NCBI GenBank assembly: GCA_016906335.1
Contig: JADEYG010000015.1
Location: 1,240,001-1,304,000, forward strand
Source: Novakomyces olei
Taxonomy: Eukaryota
Direction of reading: 5' to 3'
Length of the DNA: 64,000 bases
Shown one piece after another: positions 39,059 to 51,538 of this stretch. The stretch's first letter is position 1; each line of letters opens with the position of its first letter. A program made the translations under genes and the position numbers. Under the pieces are notes generated by a model. The model was not told where the DNA came from and did no database searches. It saw only the letters and a program-made list of their open reading frames with translations.

Positions 39059-39807
39059 ACATCTAAATATGGGCCAAACCTAATTATTATTTATGCAACT
39101 TATACACACTATTGCTTATGAAGCCTATACTCACATACAATTATTTATATAGGGCACAAAGTTCAACATAGTCTAATAAATCACGTTTGCAACTTTTTAT
39201 GTTTATGAAGCATTTTAGGTAAAATCGATCAGACCTTATGGTTAAGAACGTCTTTCATAATGCGATTTTGAAAAAAGAGAGAAACTAAAATCAATATCCA
39301 TAAATTTGGTCAGTATGTTTTGCCCATCAATTCATCAATTATGCGTGAATTGTCATTCAAGAGACTGCAACTCCTGTAAATATGTAAATCTTTTTATCAT
39401 CAAGATTACAGTTTAAACATACAATTTACGCGCCATATATGAGTCTTGCGGTATTTAATTTTATATACCGTCAGGTTTGGCAGATAGTCTCTACAGGCTA
39501 CAATCCCAATCCAACTAAAAAACAAAAATCCATTGTGTCGCTCTAAATTGGTAGTCTAAACTAGACAATTTAGATTATTCGTTCGATATTTTAGATCGCG
39601 GTGGTTTACCATAAATTTCCTTGGCGCATGGGAAGAGCGCTATTTAATATTGTGGAATATAACAAAGGGATAGTTAAAACGCCCGGTTATTTAGACTGAC
39701 CTTCAAAGTGCCCCATTGTGGCTTTAGCACAAAAAAAAAATGGATAACATAAAACCGGAGCGGATGCCCTTGCATTTGCTTGCAAAAGTCTTGATCAGTG
39801 AAGTAAT

Positions 39808-40527
39808 ATGAACTTTACTTGGAAGATTTTCTCGGCATTAATCTTGCTCAAATGCTCTTGTCTCGCCATTTTGCCTCCCCGTATTGATTGGAATGGCGCA
39901 GCTTTGAAATTTCATGAGTCGAACGCGCAGAAGAAATCACTGAACACGAGCTTTTATAAAGTCGATAGTCAATACACAGATGACATGGACACCAAATTCG
40001 ATAATATGGATCTTGCTACAGACCTGGAAAATTATGCATTAGTTTTTCGAAGATCACAGTTGAGAAAATGGAAGTTCGACATATATCGAAAGCATCATAA
40101 ACGTGTTCTGTTTGAAATTCAAACAGATTGTGAGGTTTTTGAGCGCCAGGCAGACGGACGAAATGTGGATAGTTTTCGCTCTATCGATCAAGTCGTGGAT
40201 GAAATCTACCGCCATCTTCAAAGTGAAGTTCGGATTGCAAATATTAATCTTCAAGCCAAACATGAAATTAGCATTCAAATATCAAAAGTTGCGTTTATTA
40301 ATGAAAAGTGTGCAATGCCTTCTAAAATTAAGGATATCACGCCAAAAAATTTCAAGAGAAGAACTTTCTTTGCTGGGCAGGTTGAAAGTTACAAAAAGCG
40401 ACTGGAGGCTAATAATGAATTGTACACAAAAATGCCGTGGCTAAAACCAGTTTTAGTCACAATAACATACCCAAAAAATGGGGCATCTTCCGAAAATAAG
40501 GGCTTGATCCGGTTTACATATATGTAG
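39808..40527 (+). CDS. Hypothetical secreted protein, 239 aa
   Basis: Intact ATG ORF in AT-rich surroundings with a signal-peptide-like N-terminus (MNFTWKIFSALILLKCSCLA). No family recognised. Confidence 0.65.
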   Translation: MNFTWKIFSALILLKCSCLAILPPRIDWNGAALKFHESNAQKKSLNTSFYKVDSQYTDDMDTKFDNMDLATDLENYALVFRRSQLRKWKFDIYRKHHKRVLFEIQTDCEVFERQADGRNVDSFRSIDQVVDEIYRHLQSEVRIANINLQAKHEISIQISKVAFINEKCAMPSKIKDITPKNFKRRTFFAGQVESYKKRLEANNELYTKMPWLKPVLVTITYPKNGASSENKGLIRFTYM

Positions 40528-41994
40528 TACTTCAAAGTCTTTGACGAAAGACAAACACGGAATATGGAATCAGTGCATGATTTTTTTTAGTATTTCATAC
40601 TTCATTAATGTTTTTATAGTTTCCGAAATGCAATGTTTTATTGCGCAAAATATTATGGCATACAAATTGAGCTATTACAGTATGCAAATTGCGTTAGAGC
40701 CTACTAAAAGGCCTTATAATATTTGCTCCCAAAGTTGCATAAATCATTGTAAGATCCGTATAATATTTGCCCATATTCCTTTTGGGTTTAAAATTGACGA
40801 ATGACTTGACTAAGAAATTAGATGAGCTTTTCCCTTCGTAAACAAACTCTTTAGCTGTTTAATATTAGCGGCGCTTTTCAACTTTGGTTGGAAAGATTAA
40901 TTCATGCTGATCTATTACCTAATTTTGTATCCAAATTAGCTCCGAATATTTCTCCAATTCAGTTTGACTCGACCTAAACGAAACTAGCTGCTAATACATT
41001 GTCAGGAACTAGACTCTTCTTATTGAAGCGGAGCCATTCAGACTTTGTTCAAAATGGAGCTTTATATATTTAGAGTAGTCTATTGGATACGAACAAATTG
41101 TAATAAGAATCTTAAACCAAGTTGACAGTTACAATACTGTCTTAATGCGCAGCGTTGCTTTAAGTTTCCTCTTTTTTTGTTTATTGGGATTAATAATTGA
41201 TTTGGGCACCACGAGGCTGATACAGACCACGTCAAATTTGGTATAGTTCTGGCTAGGATTCTATACATAGGGTTCTGTACATAGGGTTCTGTTGCATATA
41301 GTGTTCACTTGAACTTGAGTCAAAAAAACAGATTTAAAAGGTTAAGATTAGAAAGTACGATAATGTTCTAAGTACCTTATTAGCAGCAAAATTTACTACA
41401 GAAAAATGAACGTAATGATTTAATTAGTCTAACAACATCATGCGAGGCCTTTGTGGTGGTCAGGGCGCTAATAATTATTTTCATGTGGAGGTGCTGTAAA
41501 GTCCTCGCATTTCTGTCACAATTTTACAACTGAGGCCGTGGAGATGCGACCATAATGCACGAGTAAAAAGCCAGTAGACCCATGTTTATGTAATTGTCTT
41601 TATGACCAACCAACAGGTAAGCGCGTGATACGTATAGTCAAGTAATATCGATATACTGTGAGGCATGCCCACTGAAAACAATAAGGGAAGGCTGATATTT
41701 CCGAAACCCGCGCGACAACATAACGACTGCCCTTTTTTCAATTTGAGTTATGTCTTAATCAAATTGGTTTTTGAATACGCATATCGTAGGATGCTCATCT
41801 CAAATTTCAAATCTGAACCCACATACTCACAAACCCACGAACACACGAATCCACGTCCAATACCCCCACTCACGATCTCGCTGTTGCGTTACTTCAAAAA
41901 CTCTGTTTCAGTTTTGTGTTAGATAGCTTGAGTGGGATACCTTAAGAAGCTTAGCCGCCCTTGGTTTTCATGGCAAATTGCACACACACCAAGG

Positions 41995-43867
41995 ATGTAT
42001 TTTACTGCGACTGCAATTTGTATTCTTTTAACATTATTAATTGCAAAGCGGCAGAGGCGACTATGGCACGTTCCTGGCCCATGGGCTTACTGGGCAAGCA
42101 GCCTGGCCATGATGGTCCACGATTATTACGGGACACGAACACGTAAAATACACGCGCTTCACTGCAAGTATGGAGCAGTAGTCCGCATTGGCCCAAACGA
42201 AATTGATTTTGCATCACTCGAGGCTCTTCGGTCGATCTATGGAGCCGGAAATGCGTTTGAACGTACTCAGTTTTACGATATGTTTAAAGTTGCCGGTGAA
42301 GCAAACATGTTTAGTGAGCCTGGAGCTCAGGCACACGCAGCTCGCAAACGTATTTTAAGCAGTATTTATGCAAACTCGAGCATTTTGCGTAAAGCTGCTC
42401 CAATGGTAGAGACAAGGGTGCAACAGCTCTGCGGCGCAATATCGCCCGGCAAAGAAATTGACGCTAATCCGCTAATGCATTGGCTTAGTCTTGACGTGGC
42501 TACTTGTTTTATTTATGGAGATAAGGCGGCTACAAGCGCACTGTTGGGAAAAAGAGGAGATCGTCATTTATTGGACGATATTTTAGATCCCTCACGGAAA
42601 AAATGGTCTTGGTTTAGTGTACACGCTCCAGAATCTTGTACGCCTCCTCCACGAGCGTTGGAGGCAATTCTCACAAGTATCAAGGTTTTTCCCGTACGCA
42701 TTGCACCAGCTTTTACTGCTATTCGCAACTACTCCCGCCGAGCTGTAATTGCTGCAGCAAAGTATGAAGAAGACAATGATGATAAAATTGGAAAAAGTAT
42801 AGAATCGACGGCAGATCAATACAGCGAAACAGTGTTCTCTCGTTTAGCTGAAGTAAAATCTCATCCGCCTCTTACAACGAAACAAATTGACTCTGAATGT
42901 GCTGATCATTTATTGGCTGGAGTCGAAACCACCGCAAATACATTAATGTTTCTTGTATGGGCTCTAGGCCGACCAGACGCCAGTGGTCTGCAGGATGATT
43001 TGTACAAGGAATTAAATGCAAAAAATTCTTTTCCTACAGAAAAATTACAGAGTGATGAAGATTTTCCTTTGTTGAATGCGATTATAATGGAGACGCTACG
43101 CCTTTATGCAGCTCTTCCGGCCTCTGAGCCACGTCTTTGTGTAAAAGACCAAACGATTTCTGGAGTTTTTGTTCCGGCTGGAACAATTTGTACGGCACAG
43201 CCTTGGACCTTTCACCGTAATGAAAGAGCCTTTCCTCAGCCTTTAAAATTTGATCCAAACCGATGGATTCGTGCAAGTGAGGATGAACTTTTGAATATGC
43301 GGCGATATTTTTGGGCATTCTCTTCTGGCCCCCGAATGTGTATTGGCATGCAGTAAGTTTTTGAATATTAGTATCGTCACTAATGTTATCCCTTATTTTG
43401 TTTCGATTCATACTGTTTTTATGGGTTTGTTTTAATCCTTTTTAATAGAAGCTTTTTTTTTTTGTTGGATCTAATATTGGGTTTGAGATATATTTTTTTC
43501 CGCAAAGGTCGCTTGGAATTTTCGTATCTAGTTGTTTGATTTCTCCGTCAATGATCTCGTTTATGATTCAATCTAAAGTGGTACTGGTCGAGCACCATTG
43601 TGTTCTATTAATTACTGATTTTGTTAAATTTATACTTTTTGTTTCTTTTCGTATTTTTATTATGATTTCATGCTGTGCTAAACTGGATCCAGCCTTGCTC
43701 TGTGTGAACTGCGTCTTGCAGCAACTGAGATATTTCGCCAATTTCGCGTGACGGCTGTTAAACCAAACGTTAGTCCTAAAATGATTGTCCGCTACGAGGA
43801 GTTTGGTGACGATCTGACTAAGAAGTCGAGCCACAGTTGTCCTATCCTATTTGAAACGCGAAACTAA
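41995..43867 (+). CDS. Cytochrome P450, 2 exons
   Basis: VRIGPNE, AGVETT, ETLR and FSSGPRMCIG. Intron 43353-43692; the last exon gives HLALCELRL..PILFETRN. Confidence 0.92.
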
Positions 43868-44234
43868 TAACGGCGTCACTAAATTTGTGTAGTAGGTAAA
43901 AGAAGATGTTAAATATACATATGCTTGCTTATAAGGGCAAGGACAAATCTAAAACGAATACAATGTAAGCATCTTGAATATTTGAATTGCGTATAGCAAA
44001 GGCCAATGTCGTACATATATCACAAATTTGACTTACATATACGTCAATCATTCTACTTTCACAATTACAACCTTGCTTTGTGACATATGCTTTCGCAGTG
44101 TACCTGATCCCACGTATATTCTAAATTCAATCTTGCTTTGATTACTCGACTCGACTCGGAATATAGTCAAGCGATACATTAATACAGAAATAAATACCCT
44201 TGAAAAACTAAAAAAAAAACACGATGTTAGCCCG

Positions 44235-45962
44235 TCACATATCAGGATCTCTCGATACCCGTCGGCCAAGGAAACGACGGTATGCTTGTTTGAACATTGA
44301 ATTTGACTCGTCCTCAGGGGGTAAGGATGCTTCATACGCGTCAATCAATGGGCCTTCAAGAACAAGATTGGCTTCTTCTGGCCTGACAAGTTTTGTACGT
44401 TTCACGACTTTCCAAAAGACAAAGAAAATCGGGCAAATGATCACCATAAAGTAATATGTGAAAAAATTCTGAACGGAAAACGGGAAATTTTTCGGTTGAA
44501 AGACGGTATAGCCCTGAATAAAAACAAGTACAGTGAGACCACAAATTGCATATATTGCAGACCATGGTTGCCACCAGCCCTTGTATGGTAACACACTGCG
44601 TGAGATACCCTGGACCCGCATAGCACGTCGGAAAAACAGGTACAATACGCAGCAAAAAATATAGTTCAAAACTTGAGAAGCAGTAATAATATTGGTGAAC
44701 CATGTGAGTACGACCGACGAAGAGTTGCTGACCTGAAGAAACGAAAGACAGCCGAAAGCAAGGGAGACTAGAACGGCAACATAAGGTACTCCGTGGCGGT
44801 TGGTAATCCGAACAATTTTAGGGGCCTGACCTCGAAGAGCCAAACCGTATAGGCAACGGCTAGAATAGAAAATGTACGAATTTCCTGCTGAAATGACAGA
44901 GGTCATAATTAGCGCATTAACGAGATTTGGCAGGAATTCATTGATTTGCAACCGACGCATGGCAATGACGTAAGGCGAAGCAGCGCCTGTTCCGCCTCCT
45001 CCAATGTCACCGCTCAAAATTCCAACTAGAGTGGGATCGTTGTAAGGGATGAGAATGCCGACAGCAAGGGCCGAAATCACATAAATGCCAAGAAACCGAT
45101 AAGGAACGTTGCGAAAGGCAATGCGCATTGTTTGACGTGGGCGGGCTGCTTCACCAGCGCTCATGGCCACATATTCAGGTCCACATGTGAAAAATCCAGC
45201 AGTGAACCAGGCAGCCAGAAAGCCCTCATACTTGCCCAATGAGCCAGTCGTTGAATACTCCGCAAAAGCACCCGGATTGCGCCAGTAACGGAAACCAAAT
45301 TTGTCTCCAAGTGGATTTCCTCCGCACATAGTAATAAAAGTAAAGAAAAACAGCCCAATAAAAAGTACAATTTTTCCAGAGGCCAATGTTGTTTCAAAGC
45401 GCGCATACCAGCGAACACTGATGAGGTTTAGCGCTGCATAAACACCCACAAAAATACCGCATACTGCGGCAACAGGAAAATTTGGGTTCCAGAAACTGAT
45501 CATTAACTTGATTGCAGTTATTTCAAATGGAACAAGAGCAGCCTGGCAGATGAAGAAATTGTATCCCACCATAAATCCAAAAGCAGGGTCAATCCAAGCC
45601 GTCGCCATGTTTGCAAATGGCGCATGAATGGGGAGATAAGACACCATTTCAGCAACACAAGCATTAGTGCAAGCCAGAAATGAGGCTTGTAACAAAGTAG
45701 CAATTAGGAGCGATCCAGGTCCTCCGTGAGCCAGGCCACTGTTAATTGATACAAAAACAGCCGTACCAATACTTCCGCCAATTCCAATAATCTGTATTTG
45801 CCACGGGCCGAGCTTGCGCTGTGTATCAATCGAGCTGTCGATGGAAAAAACAGCACCGGCCTCTTTGTTGCCAGAGGTTTCCACAATTTCAATTGGGGGG
45901 GATTTGGAATCGGATGGGGTGTTGGAGGTCACATTGACGACCTCCTCCGTCTTACTGTCCAT
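44235..45962 (-). CDS. Yeast amino acid transporter (APC/YAT family permease)
   Basis: IGGSIGT, FGFRYWRNPG, GPEY, ASPYVIA and SAGNSYIFYSSR, with about 12 hydrophobic segments. Confidence 0.92.
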   Translation of the reverse strand: MDSKTEEVVNVTSNTPSDSKSPPIEIVETSGNKEAGAVFSIDSSIDTQRKLGPWQIQIIGIGGSIGTAVFVSINSGLAHGGPGSLLIATLLQASFLACTNACVAEMVSYLPIHAPFANMATAWIDPAFGFMVGYNFFICQAALVPFEITAIKLMISFWNPNFPVAAVCGIFVGVYAALNLISVRWYARFETTLASGKIVLFIGLFFFTFITMCGGNPLGDKFGFRYWRNPGAFAEYSTTGSLGKYEGFLAAWFTAGFFTCGPEYVAMSAGEAARPRQTMRIAFRNVPYRFLGIYVISALAVGILIPYNDPTLVGILSGDIGGGGTGAASPYVIAMRRLQINEFLPNLVNALIMTSVISAGNSYIFYSSRCLYGLALRGQAPKIVRITNRHGVPYVAVLVSLAFGCLSFLQVSNSSSVVLTWFTNIITASQVLNYIFCCVLYLFFRRAMRVQGISRSVLPYKGWWQPWSAIYAICGLTVLVFIQGYTVFQPKNFPFSVQNFFTYYFMVIICPIFFVFWKVVKRTKLVRPEEANLVLEGPLIDAYEASLPPEDESNSMFKQAYRRFLGRRVSRDPDM

Positions 45963-47016
45963 AGCAGCAGAATTCGAAATAATAATTAGGTTGATAGAAG
46001 GGAAGAAGTAGTGTCTTGAAGACCTTACCTCTCAAGTCATTTTATACATGTATATATATATGTATGAATCATGTATCGAATATCAGCATTCGCTCGCTTA
46101 CAGGCGGGCTTATCACCAAGATCCCACGCTACGTGTGGGACAACCGAATGGAGAAAGAAATAAGCCACAAACCTTACAAATTGATAAGAAATACATACCG
46201 GCATGCATCATATTTCCATTGCAAATTTCATGTATTTTCTATCATGCCCTTGATTCTCGACTCCAGACAGACCCAAATATCGGAATCGTCCGCTTCCATG
46301 CCCTAAATACTGTTCTTTCACGGTTCTGACCAATTAGGATGGTGCATAAACAAAAATGGTTATTGATATGCTCCGCACAAATCTGGACTCTTAGTCCAGA
46401 CTTTCGGTTGAATTTGCATAATACTTATTGTACTATGATTAAAATTGTTGATAAAGTCAGGGCGTATATTTGTTTCATAAATTAACTTGCATACTTCCTT
46501 ATGATATCACAAAGCGCGGAAATTATTGGAATTTTATGTTGCCATTGAGACCATATTCTTATCGGATTGCTGTATATGAGACATTCTTTGAATAAAAATA
46601 ATTTAAAATGCGCTTTTGAGTTTTCGCATTTAATTGACGGCCGCTCGTTTGAAGTACAAGGGACAATATTGAGATATGAATCAATTATTCTCTCACGCTT
46701 TTCATTTCTTTATTATATTTCTAATTTAGATACATCTATTGTGCGTGTTTACCCCTAACCATAGCTATGTTGGATCTCAGTTTTGAGCGCTTGTGAATTT
46801 CTAAAACAACCATTCATACACTCTGATCCACAATTACAACGGATAATAAATTCTATCTGAGTATTCATAGCCAAGCGAGTGAGGTCAATTGTACATAGGA
46901 ATGAAAAGGAACAAGACTATTCGAAATCAAAAACAATTGCATTCTCAATCATCTTCTATTTCGATATCCAAAATCCATATGATCGTGTCGAGGATAAATA
47001 CTTGTGTGACTTAAAG

Positions 47017-48647
47017 CTACACATAATGCTCTGCACGAATCCTATCAATATTACCTGGGATCATTATTGGCAGTGGATTATCCCACCGTGTCCAACTTCT
47101 TTCGCTCCATACTGCTTCGACTGGCTTCTGCAGTGACTTTAGTTCGACCGCATGAAGTTCTGTTTGACGCCATACATTCAAAATATTTAAACCCATCAAT
47201 TTTCGAACCTGATCATCTGTTGCACCACGTTTTAACAAGGCTTCGATTAGTTGCGGATAAAACGAGACATCATCCATTCCATCCACAAGTGACATTGTTC
47301 CATCAAAGTCAGCTCCTTAAGGTTAGCTCTATGCTAAACAACTTCAAAAAATAATCGTCATGCTAATAAACAAATCAAAATCTTTGTAATTAATGCGGAT
47401 AAAATCTAACGGCTACCTTAGCCATCGAACCAAAATCTTACCGATTCCTACATGATCCCACCCCGCTACTTTGGCGATATGAAATATATGATCCAGTGCA
47501 GAATTCATATCAGCCTTTTCAGGGTGGTCAGTATCAATAAACCGTTTGACGAAAAACACCATTGCCACTCCACCTTTGAATTTCAAACGTTGCAAAACAT
47601 CATCAGGAACGTTTCTATAGTTTCTCGCAAGCTCGTAACTGGCAGTATGCGAAAAGATGACAGGCGACGTAGTAATGTCTAGAACCTGCCGCATTGTATT
47701 ATGACTCACATGACTTAAATCCAACATCATTCCTAGGCGATTCATTTCTTTCACTGCTTCCTTACCAAATTCTGTCAGACCGGGGTCTATACCAGTTTCA
47801 GTGACTGTGGAAGCTGCTGTGGCAAACGCATTATCGCAATTATGAGTGAGTGTCACGTAACGTACTCCAAGATCAAAAATCTGTCTAAGGACAGCTAGAG
47901 ACGAACCGACCTGATGCATTCCTTCGGCACCAAGCATTGAAGCAACTTGACCATTTGCAAATGCATTTATAGCGCAAGTGGAGTTTTCGCAATATTGCAG
48001 TTCAGGATATTCAATGAAAAGGCGTTTTGCTACGTCAATTTGTTCCAACGTGTCCCTAACATTGTTCTTCCAATATGTTAGATAGGGCTATTGAAGATCA
48101 TTCTAATTCAATTCATATCAGACTCACGTTAGGTACATCAGGATGTAATGTGTCCGGGCACTTTAAGATATCAGTTAATTGTCAAAAAGGGATATAATGT
48201 AAAGGGAAAATCATAAAACGGAGTAAAGCCATATATAATCCAACCTCCACAAAAACCGACCAGAACTGTCCGCCAATTCCACCCTTTTGCAAACGCTGCA
48301 GATCAGTATGACTCGCAAGTCCTAATCAATCAACTTTCTGCACAAACTTTGTAAATACCATCAATAAAGTTAAATTTCGACTTATCGTAAATACGATTCT
48401 TCAGTTCTAGTCGAAGTAGATATGGCAAATCATTATGGCCATCTATCAATGGCGAACTCGCAAGCAATGCTTTTGCCCGACGTATGGTAGCTTTTGATGT
48501 TCCACTTTTTTCGTACACCGACCACAAAAGGATGCTCATTAAAACGCCAACAGCATATAATAATAGCCGTTTGCGAGTAGTCTGGCGAGGCAAATTCGCA
48601 CTATGCTTCAATACCGTTTCGCTTCTCGAAAAGTTATCTCTTGACAT
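47017..48647 (-). CDS. Membrane dipeptidase (M19, renal dipeptidase/GliJ-like), type II anchor, 5 exons
   Basis: [38 protein letters not shown] and HVGIGADFDG after splicing. Includes a 33-nt microexon 48160-48128. Confidence 0.9.
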
Positions 48648-49944
48648 ATCAATATGTCCGAATCAGAATTCTTTATTCGCATCAGTGCTTGGACTACCTC
48701 TCAGACCTTCTTTGATATTATGATTATTTTTGTATTTTCTTATCTACTTGGCAGCCGCTCTATTACGACTTGGCCGATAATTACGCATTCTTTCACTAAA
48801 ATTATTATTTCTGACTAAATAAAAGCTCCATAAATCTGAGTAAGCGCTGAGGTGTTATCATAGAAAATTGCCGGCGTTTATTCTTGTTGAAGTTCCAGTG
48901 TAATTATAGTTCGATAGATTGCGCGAACGGTTAATATATGTGAATCGCTGGAAACTTCCCATTTAGGAACATGCTCACTTTTATGTTAAATTATTATATG
49001 ACGAAAGGCCTACACATATTTCCAGACCTTCTTTCGCGGTACTTTAAAAAAATATTTAACGAAAACTTTATAGAATAATGTCTGATATAAGAATAATGAT
49101 ATAATAATGTACGGCATTATAATGAATGGGGGGATATTTTAAGTGGGTTAATGTATGGGGATTAATTAAAACAATTAACACTTAAAAAGATGCCCGTCAC
49201 GTGACCAGGTACAATCTCATTAGTTTTCAACAAATTTGTGTAAAATTGGAAAAAATTAAGCAGTGTTTAATTGAAGTTTGATTGATCACATAGTAATATT
49301 GAAATGCGTGAAAAACGTGAGCTGCAGATTGATATTGATTTTGAAAGGAAAAGAACAGCAAATTAAAACTTTATTAAGCCAGATGTATTATTATATATAA
49401 TCATAAACAGCATAAGTGGTAAAACTCCGTCGATCAAACTCCAGATATTTTATTTATAGTTCATCTGACGTTTGCAAATTAGCCCTAGCTATACACTCGA
49501 CATATAAATCCACAAATCTATATTAGGATGAGCTATAAAGATAAATATACGGAAATGAATGAAAATGTGGTAAAGCAACTTACCCTCCATAAGGAAGAAA
49601 CTATTCGAGCACACGCCTTCTAGAACCGATGTAAACTTTTTTTCTGTATCCACGAGCATGAAGTCTTAATCTTTTTATAAGTATTAGAAAAAGTGCTAAC
49701 AAATGCTTACAAGTTAGGGTACATATATCTTATCGGAGTGTGTGTTATGTGGACCATTTGCGCGGGATAATACCGCAATTTGTATGTGACAAAATTAACC
49801 ACTTAGCAATACAGCTATGTATACATTAAACTGATTACATTATAATTTAGATATTTATGAAACACGGTTGTTATAGTTGTCTATTTGTGCGCCACGATTC
49901 TATCCGTTAAAATGCTATTTAAATGCGCACGCTTATGCTAAAAT

Positions 49945-50724
49945 TTATGCTTTTCTCTTCTTTCCATCTTCTCCGTCGCCTCCTGAGCCTTGACTGGGAG
50001 AAAGCTCGAGCTTCGCAATGCTCTCCTTAATGATGCTTCCCATTTCGTCGTATAGCTGTTCTCCTTTTCCCTCAAGATATGTAGAAGGCACGTATAACAC
50101 TTTGTTCTCAAAACGAGAGCCAAATATGGCTTCACGGAGTTTCTCCACACACGGTATAAGCGGCCTGTACCCTCTCTGAAACCTCTCTTCCGTGGCAGAC
50201 CCAAACATTTTAGAATTAAAAATAAGCCCTCCTTTTAAACTCACGAGCTCTCGCATAGACACCGCATTCCATTTGTCAAACTCTGTTACCGTCCAGCCAT
50301 CGCCTCCGGGCTCATAGTGCACGCATGTCCAATAAAGAACCCAGAAAAACGGCTCCAGATCGTGTTGAAAGCTATGATCTTGACCGTCCAGCAATGCGAT
50401 CGACATGAAAGCTTTCGTGCCAGTTTTTGCTTTCGCCCCATACCCTTCTGTTCGATCTGTGCGTATCGCCATATCCAGATCGATGATAAATGCCTCCACC
50501 TCTCCATCTTTTTCGTTCATCATTAGATTCCCTGTCGAAATGTCCCGATGAAGAATCCCATTATCCAGTAATGACTTGTGTCCCCCGATACATTGCAGAA
50601 TTGCTTCAAATAAAGCCTTCGGACTGCTTGCATTCGAAATTCTCTTTCCAAAGTCGCGCAAGACCACGCGACGATGCTCGCGGTTTTCAGTTGTGCTTGC
50701 ATCTGTACTCCTTTCGTTAGTCAT
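49945..50724 (-). pseudogene. FunK1-type fungal protein kinase, C-terminal fragment
   Basis: HRRVVLRDFGK, GILHRDISTGN, IIDLD, TGTKAFMSI and HDLEPFFWV. The N-lobe is absent; upstream lies duplicated DNA from another gene. Confidence 0.75.
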
Positions 50725-50725
50725 C

Positions 50726-51271
50726 TTTCCAAGAAAATATGTTTTACCGCAAATATTGGGCTAGCTTGTTTTGCACCTATATTTGAAGCCATTTCTTGAA
50801 GCGTTTGATATTCATACTTTTTCCCATTTTTCACAATACCGACTTTTTCCACTTCGAATGGCTCACACTGGAACGGATATTGCTGATGCTGCGCAATATA
50901 AGCCATCCAAAATAGATCCATGTCCACTTTCTGGTCCTTTAGGTATTCCAGATACTCTATGTATAGATGATCTTCTTCGGAAGACTCGAGATAAGCTCCG
51001 TTTGCGGAGGCATGTGACTCGGCAAACAACACAACCATAGGCGCATTTAAATGAGCAGCCTTGCTCTCTGCAATTTCATGATACCGTTGTAAAAACCACT
51101 CAAATTCATTTGAAGACTTTTGCTCAAGTTTGATCTGAAACTTTAGGTACAATGCTTGTCCTTTGTAATACCGGCGCACAATAAGTAAGATTGGACCATT
51201 TGAAGACCACACTGATCGCAGTAGTAAAAATTGCAGAAAACAAGAATGCGCATGAATTCCACGATTTGATA
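50726..51271. repeat. 546-bp duplication of 55389-55934 (copy A, gene fragment)
   Basis: Constant offset of 4663. ORF translations are identical on both strands and I saw no mismatch by eye. Confidence 0.92.
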
Positions 51272-51538
51272 TTAATTTTGCATTACTTAGACCAAATGCT
51301 CAAGTTTAGATAAGTTCCGCGCTTATGATTGGCTGACAGGCCTAGGCGGCATATTGGCGGGCCTACGTGGGCTGTAGCCATGATAAAAAATGCAAATAAA
51401 TGTACAAAGATGAAGGAAATCAAATGTTCGATTCTTCAAAATTTTGTCTCAATTTGAACCTGATCCCTAAAAAACTAAACAATACAGCGGCATTTAATTT
51501 TAGCTTTCAGGCATACACTGCTTGCTCCAGCTTCACAA

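Noticed and set aside
39021-39170. Solo LTR beginning TGTTGGAATA
   Set aside because: It resembles an LTR start, but there is no convincing matching end, target-site duplication or internal similarity to the 63.3 kb LTR.
50721-50724. ATGA overlap as bacterial-style translational coupling
   Set aside because: It lies at a duplication breakpoint in a eukaryotic locus and is most likely accidental.
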